Source: Corallococcus sp. AB011P (GTDB lineage: Bacteria; Myxococcota; Myxococcia; Myxococcales; Myxococcaceae). From it: a stretch of 64,000 bases of DNA. Shown here piece by piece: positions 37,059 to 48,746 of this stretch. The stretch spans positions 68,811-132,810 of the forward strand of contig NZ_RAVX01000011.1 in NCBI RefSeq assembly GCF_003611605.1, given 5' to 3'. Position numbers and translations under genes: made by a program. The notes beneath the pieces were generated by a model, which saw nothing but the letters and a program-made list of their open reading frames with translations, was not told the DNA's origin and did not search any database. Numbering within the stretch: position 1 is the first letter of the stretch; every line of letters starts with the position of its first letter.

Positions 37059-37361
37059 TCAGGGGAACGGCAGGTTCAGCACGAAGTAAAACGAGTCGTA
37101 ATAGATCTGGTACGCCTCGAGGAACAGGTCGATGACGTTGGTCTGCCGGTCGTCCGTCCAGCGGATCTTCACCGTGGCGCCGATGACGAGCCCGACGATC
37201 AACACCCAGTTGATCATCGAGTACTCCACCATGGCCTGGCCACGGCGGGCCCGGCGCGGGGAGCGCGGCGGTGACTTCCGGGGGCTGTTCACGGGGGGAG
37301 CGTGCACGTCCGACGTCATGTCCCCATTATCCAGGACCCGGGCCCCGGACGCATCGGTCAT
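37059..37361 (-). CDS. Flp/Tad-type pilin (class III signal peptide)
   Basis: It has the Flp motif G/QAMVEYSMINWVLIVGLVIG (G-x4-EY followed by a hydrophobic stretch). It has an unusually long leader of 27-41 aa depending on the start. Its GC content is locally lower, about 55%. Confidence 0.6.
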   Translation of the reverse strand: MTDASGARVLDNGDMTSDVHAPPVNSPRKSPPRSPRRARRGQAMVEYSMINWVLIVGLVIGATVKIRWTDDRQTNVIDLFLEAYQIYYDSFYFVLNLPFP

Positions 37362-37379
37362 GTGGACTGCCGCCCTCCC

Positions 37380-38837
37380 CTACTGGGCGGGCTGGGAAGG
37401 GGCGGCCTTGGCCGGAGCAGACGCCGGAGCCGTGGGGGGCGCGGCCTGACGCAGGCGGCGCTGGGCCAGCTGCGCCGCGCTGGAGCCGGGGGCCTCCGTG
37501 AGGATCTGCCCGCAGACGGCGGCGGCCTCCTGGGTCCGGCCCTGGACGGACTCCGACTCGCAGAGCCGTGAGAGCAGGGCCACCCGCTCGCTGCCGCTGG
37601 CTCCGGCCGCGAGCGCGGCGCGCAGCAGCTGGGCCTCCCGGGCGCGGTCACCCTGGTTCGCGGCGGCCTGGGCCTGGGCGGACAGGTCGCGCGCCGTCAT
37701 CGCCTCCTTGGAGGCGGACTTCTCCATGGGCGCCGGCTTCGAGGCCTCCGCGCGGGCGGACTCCCGCTTGGGCATGGCGGTCGAAGGCGCCGGGGGCGTG
37801 GACGGAGGCGTCGCACCTCCGAGGGAGCCCACGGCGGAGGGGGCCATGGGCGCGGCCTGGACCACGGGCGCGGAGGCCACGGAAGGAGGCGGCGGAGGCG
37901 CACCCGCGGCGACGCTCTCGTCGTCGTCCGAGGCGAGCCCACGGCCATAGGCCGCCTCACCCAGCCGCAGGGAGGCGCCCGCCGAGCCCATGGCCTTGTC
38001 GCTGAGCTTGCCCGAGGAGCGCCGTCGCGCGGGTTCATCCTTCGCGACGTAGCCGTCGTTGGCCGCCTCTTCCTTCGGAGGCGCCTCCGGCATGACCGCC
38101 CCGGCCGTCGCCTGCTCGAGCGCGGCGAACTCGCCGTCCGCGTCCCGGACGGCCTTGGACATCTTCTTCTTGGGAGCCTCGGCGTCCGCGCGGCGCTCCA
38201 GCAGCGCGCCACCGCTGCCCGCGTTCATCCAGTCCGACGGACGGGCCGCGGCGGTGCCCTTGCGCTGCACCTTGGCCTCCACCTGGTTCTTCTGGAGCTC
38301 CATCTCGCTCGGCGCGGCCGCCAGTGCGTCCGAGGCACCTTCGGGCACGTCCACTTCGAGGGTCGCGCTCGAAGGCGCGGGGGCCATCGCGGCCGGGGCG
38401 CGCTTGTCCCGCGTCTGCGATTCCTGCTTCGCCGCCAACATCGGGCTGGGGGCCTCCCGCTGCGACAGGTTTGGCGCCAGATCGATGTTCTCGCTCACCG
38501 TCAACGTCAGGAGGCCGAAGGTACCCACCGTAGCCAGGCCCACCGCGGGCAGCAGGAAGCGGCGCCAGCGCGAGGGCTTCGGCTCGGGGCCGGCGGCGGC
38601 GCGGCGCGCGGACTGCTGCGCGTACGCGAGCAGCGACTCCAGGCCCGCGTCCGGCGCGGGCTCCGACGACAGCTGCGCCATGGTGGTGCGCACGCCGCGG
38701 ATGTCCGCCAGCGCCTTCGTGCAGCGCGCACAGCCCTGGACGTGCTGCTCCAGTGCGTGGGCCTCCGACGCGGGCAGCTCGCCGTAGGCGAAGTCGAGGA
38801 GCCGGTCCTCGTGCGCGTGGGCATTCTGGGCATTCAT
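37380..38837 (-). CDS. Zinc-finger anti-sigma factor with TM segment and large extracytoplasmic domain ending in a TPR-like segment
   Basis: The N-terminus has the ZAS motif HxxxCxxC (HVQGCARCTKAL). It has a single TM segment, and its start overlaps the ECF sigma stop as ATGA. Confidence 0.7.
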   Translation of the reverse strand: MNAQNAHAHEDRLLDFAYGELPASEAHALEQHVQGCARCTKALADIRGVRTTMAQLSSEPAPDAGLESLLAYAQQSARRAAAGPEPKPSRWRRFLLPAVGLATVGTFGLLTLTVSENIDLAPNLSQREAPSPMLAAKQESQTRDKRAPAAMAPAPSSATLEVDVPEGASDALAAAPSEMELQKNQVEAKVQRKGTAAARPSDWMNAGSGGALLERRADAEAPKKKMSKAVRDADGEFAALEQATAGAVMPEAPPKEEAANDGYVAKDEPARRRSSGKLSDKAMGSAGASLRLGEAAYGRGLASDDDESVAAGAPPPPPSVASAPVVQAAPMAPSAVGSLGGATPPSTPPAPSTAMPKRESARAEASKPAPMEKSASKEAMTARDLSAQAQAAANQGDRAREAQLLRAALAAGASGSERVALLSRLCESESVQGRTQEAAAVCGQILTEAPGSSAAQLAQRRLRQAAPPTAPASAPAKAAPSQPAQ

Positions 38838-39514
38838 CCCGCCACCGTCCTTCCATCCTCCGACAGGTCGCCGTCCACGCCCAGCTCACCCAGGCGGCGG
38901 CGCAGGCCCTCCAACGCGTAGCGCATGCGGCTCTTCACCGTGTTCTCGGACACGCCCGTCACCTCGGCGATCTCCTTGAACGGGATGCCGCTGTACTCGC
39001 GCAGCACGAACACCTCGCGCTGCTCCTCCGGCAGGGCCGACAGGGCCCGCTCCAACAGGGGCCGGAGGCGGGCGTTGTGCGCGCCCCGCTCCGGGCTGGC
39101 CCCGGCATCCGGCAGCCCCTCGCCCAGCGGACGTCCCTCGTCGCCGTCGGCACCCGCCGAGGGGGCTTCCAGGGACGTCGTCTGGCGGTAGCTCTCTTTG
39201 CGCGTGCTGTCCACGCAGAGGTTCCTCGCGATGGTGTACAGCCAGGTCGTGAACCGGGCCTTGGGCTCGTATTCCCGGGCGCTGCGGACCACCTTGAGCC
39301 AGGTCTCCTGCAGCACGTCCTCCGCCCGCGCCCTGTGGCCCACGAAGCGCAGGATGAAGTTGAACACCGGCGCGCGGTGCTTGCGCACCAACGCATCGAA
39401 CGCACGCGCGTTTCCCGCCTGGAAGGCGAGCATCAGCTGCTCGTCTGAGGTTTCGGGTGCCAAACTTCCCCCAGTGCCCATGAAGCCACGGGTGCCATCC
39501 CCTTCACCGCCCAA
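38834..39514 (-). CDS. ECF-family RNA polymerase sigma factor
   Basis: Sigma70 region 2 (FDALVRKHRAPVFNFILRFV...DVLQETWLKV) and region 4 are present. An alternative start is MGTGG at 39481. Confidence 0.8.
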   Translation of the reverse strand: MGGEGDGTRGFMGTGGSLAPETSDEQLMLAFQAGNARAFDALVRKHRAPVFNFILRFVGHRARAEDVLQETWLKVVRSAREYEPKARFTTWLYTIARNLCVDSTRKESYRQTTSLEAPSAGADGDEGRPLGEGLPDAGASPERGAHNARLRPLLERALSALPEEQREVFVLREYSGIPFKEIAEVTGVSENTVKSRMRYALEGLRRRLGELGVDGDLSEDGRTVAG

Positions 39515-39545
39515 GGCCTGTAACGGACAGCCGTGCGCGAAAGGT

Positions 39546-39965
39546 CTATTCCGGCCGTGGCCGCCGGTAAGTGGCGAGAATGACAGGGACCGCCACCCCT
39601 GTCACCAGAAGTGCCTGCGCCAGCAGCACCGCCGGTAACGGGCGCTGCACATGCACGTACAGCGAGCGGCCGAGCCCCACTCCCAACAGGATGCCCGTCA
39701 GCGTACGAACCGCGTTGGAACCCGAAGCGGGCCGGAAGCGTCCCACCGCCCAGTCCACGAGCGCGGGCAGCGTGAGCGCCAGCACCACCGGCACGTCCCA
39801 CTCCCACCTGAGCGGCGCCTTCAGCGCGAACAGTCCGAGGAACACGGCGGCGAGCACCGGATACGTGCCCAGGCACCGCGCGCACACGCGCACGCCCGCG
39901 AGCACGTACGTGCGGTTGTACTCATCCGGGTGATGATGGCTGAGCCAGAACACCGGCACCTCCTC
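39546..39965 (-). CDS. DUF2085 family membrane protein
   Basis: It has the [10 protein letters not shown] motif and three or four TM segments. The start is uncertain: the ATG at 40094 overlaps the upstream ABC gene and a GTG near 39965 is likelier. Confidence 0.5.
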   Translation of the reverse strand, partial: EEVPVFWLSHHHPDEYNRTYVLAGVRVCARCLGTYPVLAAVFLGLFALKAPLRWEWDVPVVLALTLPALVDWAVGRFRPASGSNAVRTLTGILLGVGLGRSLYVHVQRPLPAVLLAQALLVTGVAVPVILATYRRPRPE

Positions 39966-40973
39966 CGGACGCGGAAACAGCGGGCCCGTCCTGCACGTTG
40001 CGCGAATCCCCTTCGGCCAGGAAGCACGCCGCGGCGTGGCCTCCACCCAGGGGATACAGCGGGGGTGACTCGCGGCGGCAGCGCTCCATCGCATGCGGGC
40101 AGCGCGGATGGAACGCGCAGCCGGTCGGCGGCGACAGGGGCGAAGGCGGCTCTCCCGGCAGCAGCAGCCGCGCGCTGGGACGCTCCGGATCCGGCACCGG
40201 CACCGCGGACAGCAGCGCCTGCGTGTACGGATGGCGAGGCCCTGCGTACAGCGACCGGGACGGCGCCACCTCCACGATGCGGCCCAGGTACATCACCGCC
40301 ACGCGCGTGGACACGTACTCAACAATCTTCAGGTCGTGCGCGATGAAGACGTACGTGAGCCCGCGCTCGCGCTGCAGGTCCACCAGCAGGTTGACGATCT
40401 GCGCCTGGATGGAGACGTCCAGCGCGCTGATGGGCTCGTCCGCCACCACCAGGTCCGGACGCAACGCGATGGCACGTGCAATGCCGATGCGTTGACGCTG
40501 GCCGCCGGAGAACTCGTGCGGGTAGCGGTGCCGCGCCTCGCGAGGCAGCCCCATGGCGTCGAGCAGCGCCAGCACCTCGTCCTCGCGCGCCTTGCCCTTC
40601 GCGAGGCCGTGGATGGCGAAGGGCTCCGCGAGGATGTCCCCCACCGTCATGCGCGGGTTGAGCGACGCGTAGGGGTCCTGGAAGACGAGCTGCATCTGTC
40701 GTCGTAGCGGCCGCAGCTCGCGCTGCGACAGGCCGGTCAGCTCGCGCCCGGCCACGCGGATGGAGCCGGATGTCGGGTCGATGAGCCGCAGCACCGCGCG
40801 GCCCAACGTGCTCTTGCCGCAGCCGCTCTCCCCCACCAGGCCCAGCGTCTCGCCGCGGGCGACGTCGAAGGACACGCCGTCCACCGCGCGCACCGTGCCG
40901 CGCGTGCGGCCCAACAAGCCGCCCTTCACCGGGAAGTGCACCTTGAGGTCGCGCACCTGGACCAGCGGTTCGC

Positions 40974-40977
<4 letters not shown>
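39922..40977 (-). CDS. ABC transporter ATP-binding protein, DppF/OppF type with C-terminal oligo_HPY domain
   Basis: It has [23 protein letters not shown] and the C-terminal GCAFHPRCP. The start is the ATG at 40977 (MSEPLVQ). Confidence 0.85.
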
Positions 40978-41980
<1,003 letters not shown>

Positions 41981-41984
<4 letters not shown>

Positions 41985-43000
41985 TTCTGGGCCAGCTCCT
42001 CCAGGAACTCCGCCTCCTGGATGAGCCCCTTGCGGATGAGCAGGCGGATGAGGCTCGCGACCATGCGCGCGGGCTTCACCTTCTCCGTGTCCAGGCTGGC
42101 CTCTTCACCGCGCGAGATGCGGTCGATGTCGTCCAGCACCGCCAGGTCCTCCTCGGAGAAGTCCGGCTTGGGCGTGAGCGCCACGGACGGCTTCACGCCC
42201 TGCGCGGCGCCGCCGAAGAGCACCACCGGCACGCGCGGCTTGCTCGGGTCCTCCGGCTCCGCGGGGGGCGGAGGCGGGGCCGGCGGACGGGCCGCGGCGG
42301 GCGGAGGCGGCGGACGCGGGGCCTTGGGGACCTTGGGACGGGGCGTGGAGCCCAGGATGTCCTCCAGCACCTCCGCGCCGTCGGCGGACGCGTCGCCCTC
42401 GTGCGGCGGCGGCGGCGGCAGGTCCCAGTCCAGCGTCGGCGGCGCGGGCGGACGCGGCGGCGTGGGCGCACGCGCGGCGGCCGGGGGGGGCGGCGGCGAC
42501 GGCAGGATGTCCGGCGAATCGTCTTCGTCCATGTCCATCGGTTCAGCCTCCACGATGTCCAGGGGCTCGCCCCGGCCTCTCGCCAGTGCCTGCTCCAGGT
42601 CGTCCGACGAGGCGACGAACACCTTGAGCGGCTTGCGCAGCTGGAAGCGCAGCTCATCCACCAGCATCAGGTTGCCCGGGTCTTCCACCGCGACGTGGAT
42701 CTTCTCACTGCGGCCGTCCTGCTCCGAAGCGAAGAGGAGCACCCGGTGCTCGCTCTGGAAGTCCATGGACACCAGCGAGGACACCGCATGCGGGATGTAC
42801 TCGGGGAGCTCCACGAACGGCAGCTCGTGCTGCGCCGCCAGCGCCTTCGCGATGTCCCGGCCCGTGCACAGGCCCATGGACACCAGCACCTCACCCAGCT
42901 TGCGGCCCTGGCCGCGCCGTCCGGACGCGAGGGCCTGCTTCACCTGCTCGTCCGTCACCACTCCGGCCTGGACGAGGAGTTCACCAATCTTCTTGCGCAT
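41981..43000 (-). CDS. Stand-alone MshEN / T2SSE_N domain protein (predicted c-di-GMP receptor), no ATPase domain
   Basis: The N-terminus has tandem 24-aa MshEN motifs, [24 protein letters not shown]...Q and [25 protein letters not shown]. These are followed by a GspE_N fold, a Pro-rich linker and a conserved C-terminal helix. Confidence 0.7.
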
Positions 43001-43009
43001 GGCCGGGGG

Positions 43010-43759
43010 CTACCGCTTGACCTTGGCGAGGTATTCCTCGCGGGAGAAAACGCCCTTCTCGATGAGCAGCTCCACCATGGCCTTCAGCGCCGCGACCTCC
43101 TTGCGCTGGACCTCCTCCACGCTCTTGAGCAGCTCCGCGGGGCTGCCAGAGGCCGCGCGAGGCGGCTCCGGCGGGGGGGCCTGGCGGGGAGGCGGAGCGG
43201 CGGCGGGCTTGGGGGACATGGCGACGGCGGCGGCCGGGTCCAGGTCCTTGAGGTTCTTCACGACGGTGCGGCCCTGCGCGTCCACCACCTTGAAGTTGGT
43301 GTCCGCGTCCTCCAGCTCCGCCGTCTCCTCGTAGAGGCGCGCGAACGCCCGCGCCACGGAGGTGCGCCCCGCCACGTTGGCCACGATGCGGCACTTGGAC
43401 AGGGCCCGCAGCTCGTCCAGCACACGCACGTTGAGCGGGTCCGACATGGCGACGACCAGCGTCTTGCCGTCGTCGCGCAGTTGCAGCGGCACCACGGAGA
43501 AGTCGCGCGCCGTCTGCGCCGGAATCTTGGCCTTCACGTGCGGCGGCACCATCTGCACGGAGTCCAGGTTCACCGCCGGCATGCCCAGCTGCTTCGACAA
43601 GGCGCGCACGAGGATGTCCTCGGAGACGAGGTTCATCCGGACGAGGATCTCGCCCAGCTTCCCGCCCCACTTGGCCTGCTCGGCGAGCGCCGCCTTGAGC
43701 TGGCTCTCCTGCAGGACGTTCGCCTTGATCAGCAGTTCTCCAAGCTTGATCTGTGCCAT
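43010..43759 (-). CDS. Stand-alone MshEN / T2SSE_N domain protein (second paralog)
   Basis: It has tandem motifs KLGELLIKANVLQESQLKAALAEQ and KLGEILVRMNLVSEDILVRALSKQ. Its architecture matches the downstream paralog. Confidence 0.7.
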   Translation of the reverse strand: MAQIKLGELLIKANVLQESQLKAALAEQAKWGGKLGEILVRMNLVSEDILVRALSKQLGMPAVNLDSVQMVPPHVKAKIPAQTARDFSVVPLQLRDDGKTLVVAMSDPLNVRVLDELRALSKCRIVANVAGRTSVARAFARLYEETAELEDADTNFKVVDAQGRTVVKNLKDLDPAAAVAMSPKPAAAPPPRQAPPPEPPRAASGSPAELLKSVEEVQRKEVAALKAMVELLIEKGVFSREEYLAKVKR

Positions 43760-43818
43760 GTCGTGCGCGCCATAGTACCCGGTTTGCGCCGGGACGCTGC
43801 CTTTCGACGCCTGGAAGC

Positions 43819-44649
43819 TCAGGAACCCGGCGCGGGGGGCGGCTGAGACACCGCCCCCTCCGAGCGGACCTCCTGGCCCCGCGCGTCGACGTCCACCACC
43901 TTCGCCCCCTCGGGCGCGCCCAGCTCGTAGAGGGTCAGGTCCGGGCGGCCGTTGAGGCGGATGTCCGTGTACTTCAGGTCCAGCCGGGTGTCCGCCGTGG
44001 CGGCGATGAGGTGCACCTTGTCCGGGAAGAACTGGTCGCCCCGCTGCTGGAAGTCCTCGAACGCCAGGTCGTAGCCCGGCACGCCCCGGACCTCGCTCTT
44101 CACCACGCGCAGGTGCTTGGGATCCACGCGCAGTGTCTGCGTCGCCGGTCCCCGCTGGAGCTTGAGCACGTACACCCGCTCCTTCTCGTCCAGCTCCAGG
44201 GTCATGGACTCCGGCGGCAGGAGGGGGACCTGCCCCAGCATCACCGCCACCAGCTCCTCGCTCGGCAGGACGACAGGCAGGAAGCGGGACACGTTCTCCG
44301 CGCTCGCGGGGCCCTGGAGGTACGTGTTCTCCCGCGCCTGGTAGATGCCGAAGCGCTCGCCATCGGACACGAGCGAGGCCACCGGGCGGTTGAAGAAGTC
44401 GTACGTCTCCAGGTGGATGAGGGCCGGGCGGGTGATGGAGAGATAGGTGGAGAGCGTTCCACTGCCCTGGGGCGAGTCGACGTGCAGCTTGGCGTCACCC
44501 TCCAGGGTCACCACCTTCGCCTGCCGCTCGCGCACGTGCTGGTAGAGCGTCTGGGCATCCTCGATGCGGCCCTCCGGACCGAACTCGAGACGTTTGGGGC
44601 AGGCCGAACAGAGGAGGACCAGGAAGATTGCGGCGGCTGCGCGGTTCAT
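43819..44649 (-). CDS. LolA/LolB-like outer-membrane lipoprotein (DUF4292-like)
   Basis: It has a lipobox LVLLCSAC and an all-beta predicted fold. It is divergent from tolQ. Confidence 0.45.
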   Translation of the reverse strand: MNRAAAAIFLVLLCSACPKRLEFGPEGRIEDAQTLYQHVRERQAKVVTLEGDAKLHVDSPQGSGTLSTYLSITRPALIHLETYDFFNRPVASLVSDGERFGIYQARENTYLQGPASAENVSRFLPVVLPSEELVAVMLGQVPLLPPESMTLELDEKERVYVLKLQRGPATQTLRVDPKHLRVVKSEVRGVPGYDLAFEDFQQRGDQFFPDKVHLIAATADTRLDLKYTDIRLNGRPDLTLYELGAPEGAKVVDVDARGQEVRSEGAVSQPPPAPGS

Positions 44650-44691
44650 ATGTCCTAGTGTGAGCCAGGGCCGCCTGCCCGGTCATCCATC

Positions 44692-45423
44692 ATGAGCCTG
44701 AACGATCTACTTCATTACCTTCGCCTGGGCGGCGTCACCCTCGCCCTCCTCCTGGGCGCCTCCGTGGTGGCCCTGGGCGTGGCCATCGAGCGGCTCATCG
44801 CCCTCTGGGGCGTGAGCGAGCGCTCCCGCAACCTGGGGGAGATCGTCCAGAAGCACCTCCTCCGGGGTGACATGGCCGCCGCCCGCACCGCCGCCGAGCG
44901 CTCCGACGCCGTGGCGGCCGACATCTTCCTCGCCGGGTTCGACCGCTGGGAGCGCTCCCGCTCCACTGGCGGCAACGGCATCGAGTCCGCCGTTGAGCGC
45001 GAGCGCGCCCAGGTGGGGCTCAAGCTGCGGCGCAACCTGTGGCTGCTCGCCACCATCGGTTCGACGACGCCCTTCGTGGGCCTCTTCGGCACCGTGGCCG
45101 GCATCATGCGCTCCTTCAAGGACCTGGGCGTGGACGTGGAGGCCGGTGGCACCGGCGGCTCCGCGGCCGTGATGACGGGCATCTCCGAAGCGCTCGTCGC
45201 CACCGCCGTGGGCATCCTCGTCGCCGTGCAGGCGATGGTCTTCTACAACTACTTCCAGGCCCGGCTGTCCCGCGTGCTGGTGGAGCTGCGCCTCCTGGGC
45301 GACGAGTTCGCGGAGGTGCTCAAGGAGCGCTCGGCCGGCGGCCCGCTGCCGGACGCCACGCCGCCCCCGCGTGAGAGCGCCACGCCCCCGGCTGCCCGCC
45401 CGGATCCGCAGCCCGCCTCGTAA
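44692..45423 (+). CDS. MotA/TolQ/ExbB proton channel family protein
   Basis: It has three TM segments and a conserved C-terminal TM motif (TTPFVGLFGTVAGIM). Confidence 0.8.
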   Translation: MSLNDLLHYLRLGGVTLALLLGASVVALGVAIERLIALWGVSERSRNLGEIVQKHLLRGDMAAARTAAERSDAVAADIFLAGFDRWERSRSTGGNGIESAVERERAQVGLKLRRNLWLLATIGSTTPFVGLFGTVAGIMRSFKDLGVDVEAGGTGGSAAVMTGISEALVATAVGILVAVQAMVFYNYFQARLSRVLVELRLLGDEFAEVLKERSAGGPLPDATPPPRESATPPAARPDPQPAS

Positions 45424-45438
45424 GGAGACACGCCCACC

Positions 45439-45894
45439 ATGGCCATGGGAAAGACGCCCGGCTCGGGCGACGACGAGGTGGAGGGCGCGGGCTTCGCGGA
45501 GATCAACATCACGCCGCTGACGGACGTGATGCTCGTGCTGCTCATCATCTTCATGGTGACCAGCTCGGTCATCACCCAGCAGGGCCCGGGCGGCGGCGCC
45601 AAGGCGGGCCTCAAGGTGAACCTGCCCAAGGGCGGCGCCGCGGACGTCACCGCGCGCACCACCGACCTGTCCGTGGCGGTGCTGGCGGACGGCCGCTTCG
45701 TGCTCGCGGGCAACGTCGTCGCGGAGGCGGAGCTGAAGCAGGCCTTCGACAACGCGAAGAACCAGAACCCCGACACCGTGGTGATTGTTCAGGCGGACGA
45801 AGGCGTCCCCCACGGCACCGTGGTGCAGGTGATGGAGCTGGCGAAGAAGGCCGGCCTCGCGCAGCTCGCCATCGGCGTGCGCGAAGGCGACTAG
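45439..45894 (+). CDS. ExbD/TolR family protein
   Basis: It has an N-terminal TM segment INITPLTDVMLVLLIIFMV and the conserved Asp of the ExbD fold. Confidence 0.8.
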   Translation: MAMGKTPGSGDDEVEGAGFAEINITPLTDVMLVLLIIFMVTSSVITQQGPGGGAKAGLKVNLPKGGAADVTARTTDLSVAVLADGRFVLAGNVVAEAELKQAFDNAKNQNPDTVVIVQADEGVPHGTVVQVMELAKKAGLAQLAIGVREGD

Positions 45895-45927
45895 TCGGCG
45901 TGCGCTAAAGCAACCAGGCTCAGGCCC

Positions 45928-45980
45928 GAAAAGGAAAAGGCCCCCCGGCGCGTCACGTGCCGGAGGGCCTTCTTCATTTC
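45928..45980. terminator. Bidirectional rho-independent terminator between convergent exbD and acyl-CoA dehydrogenase genes
   Basis: A hairpin ggccccccggc-loop-gccggagggcc is flanked by A-rich (aaaaggaaaagg) and T-rich (ttcttcattt) tracts. Confidence 0.5.
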
Positions 45981-45998
45981 AGGACTTCAGACGCCGCT

Positions 45999-47843
<1,845 letters not shown>

Positions 47844-48041
47844 GGCCACTCCTGCGTAGGGGCTCGCTGCCTGCCTGCTTCCCGCAGGGCGGGAAAAAGT
47901 AAGGGTCAGCGGCCCATGTGACGCAGGAAGTGTGGCGTCGACTGATTTTTGAGTCAACCCAAGATGACACCCCGCGTTGACGAGCGGTCGAAGCCGCCCT
48001 TCTCGAACGCGGGAATTCGCCTTGGAACGCCCCTGGAAAGC

Positions 48042-48746
48042 CTACTTCTTGGCCTTCTTCGCGGCCGGGAGGGACGCCGTCTTGGCGGCCGGCTTCTCCC
48101 GGGGGGCGGTCTTCTTGGACGAGGCGCCGGTGCGGGGCTCGCCCGCCTCCTCGTCATCGTCCTCGTCGTCTTCGTCCCGGTCGCGTTCCGGGGCAGCGGG
48201 CGGCGGGGCGTTGGTGGCGGCCTCCGGGGTGGCGGGCGCCGGGACGACCAGGCTCTCGCGGGGCACCTCCACCACGATGGGGGACTGGCCGGAGCGCTGC
48301 CGGTTCTCGTCCTCCAGGGAGTAGAAGAGCTGGATCTGCGAGCCGCCCTTCATGACGAGCTCGCCCTTCTGGTTCTCCGCCCAGAGGTCGATTTCGACGA
48401 AGTACCGGCCGCCGGAGCCGTGGCGGTCGCTCACGCGGCCCTTGCAGACCACGGTGTCGCCCGGCCACACCATCTTGATGAAGCGGACGTTGTAGCGCCG
48501 CAGCTGGCCGCCGCGGGCCCAGTCGCTGATGAGCTGGCCCAACATGCCCATGACGAGCATGCCGGGGGCGTAGACGGACGGCATGCCCACGCTCTTGGCG
48601 TAGAGCTCGTCCACGTGCACGGGGTTGTAGTCGCCGGAGGCGCCCGCGTAGCGCGACAGCTGGACGCGGTCCACCGGGGCCTTGGCCAGCGCCGGCAGCT
48701 CGTCACCGACGCGGATGGATTCGAAGTAGAGCTTGCGCGCGGGCAT
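48042..48746 (-). CDS. MaoC-like (R)-specific enoyl-CoA hydratase hot-dog subunit with acidic and Lys/Ala-rich histone-H1-like C-terminal tail
   Basis: It has a MaoC hot-dog core, followed by DEDDEDDDEE and then AAKTASLPAAKKAKK. Confidence 0.75.
   Translation of the reverse strand: MPARKLYFESIRVGDELPALAKAPVDRVQLSRYAGASGDYNPVHVDELYAKSVGMPSVYAPGMLVMGMLGQLISDWARGGQLRRYNVRFIKMVWPGDTVVCKGRVSDRHGSGGRYFVEIDLWAENQKGELVMKGGSQIQLFYSLEDENRQRSGQSPIVVEVPRESLVVPAPATPEAATNAPPPAAPERDRDEDDEDDDEEAGEPRTGASSKKTAPREKPAAKTASLPAAKKAKK

Noticed and set aside
34152-37089. Plus-strand ORFs 34152..35099 and 34870..37089 and minus-strand ORFs 35054..35737 and 36101..36718
   Set aside because: They are antisense or alternate-frame to tadC, tadB and cpaB, which have clear T2SSF and CpaB features.
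38035-38889. 284-aa minus-strand alternate-frame ORF; also 37697..38212 and 37568..38005
   Set aside because: They overlap the anti-sigma gene in other frames and are Arg/Pro/Gly-rich.
44707-45813. 368-aa minus-strand ORF
   Set aside because: It is antisense to tolQ/exbD.
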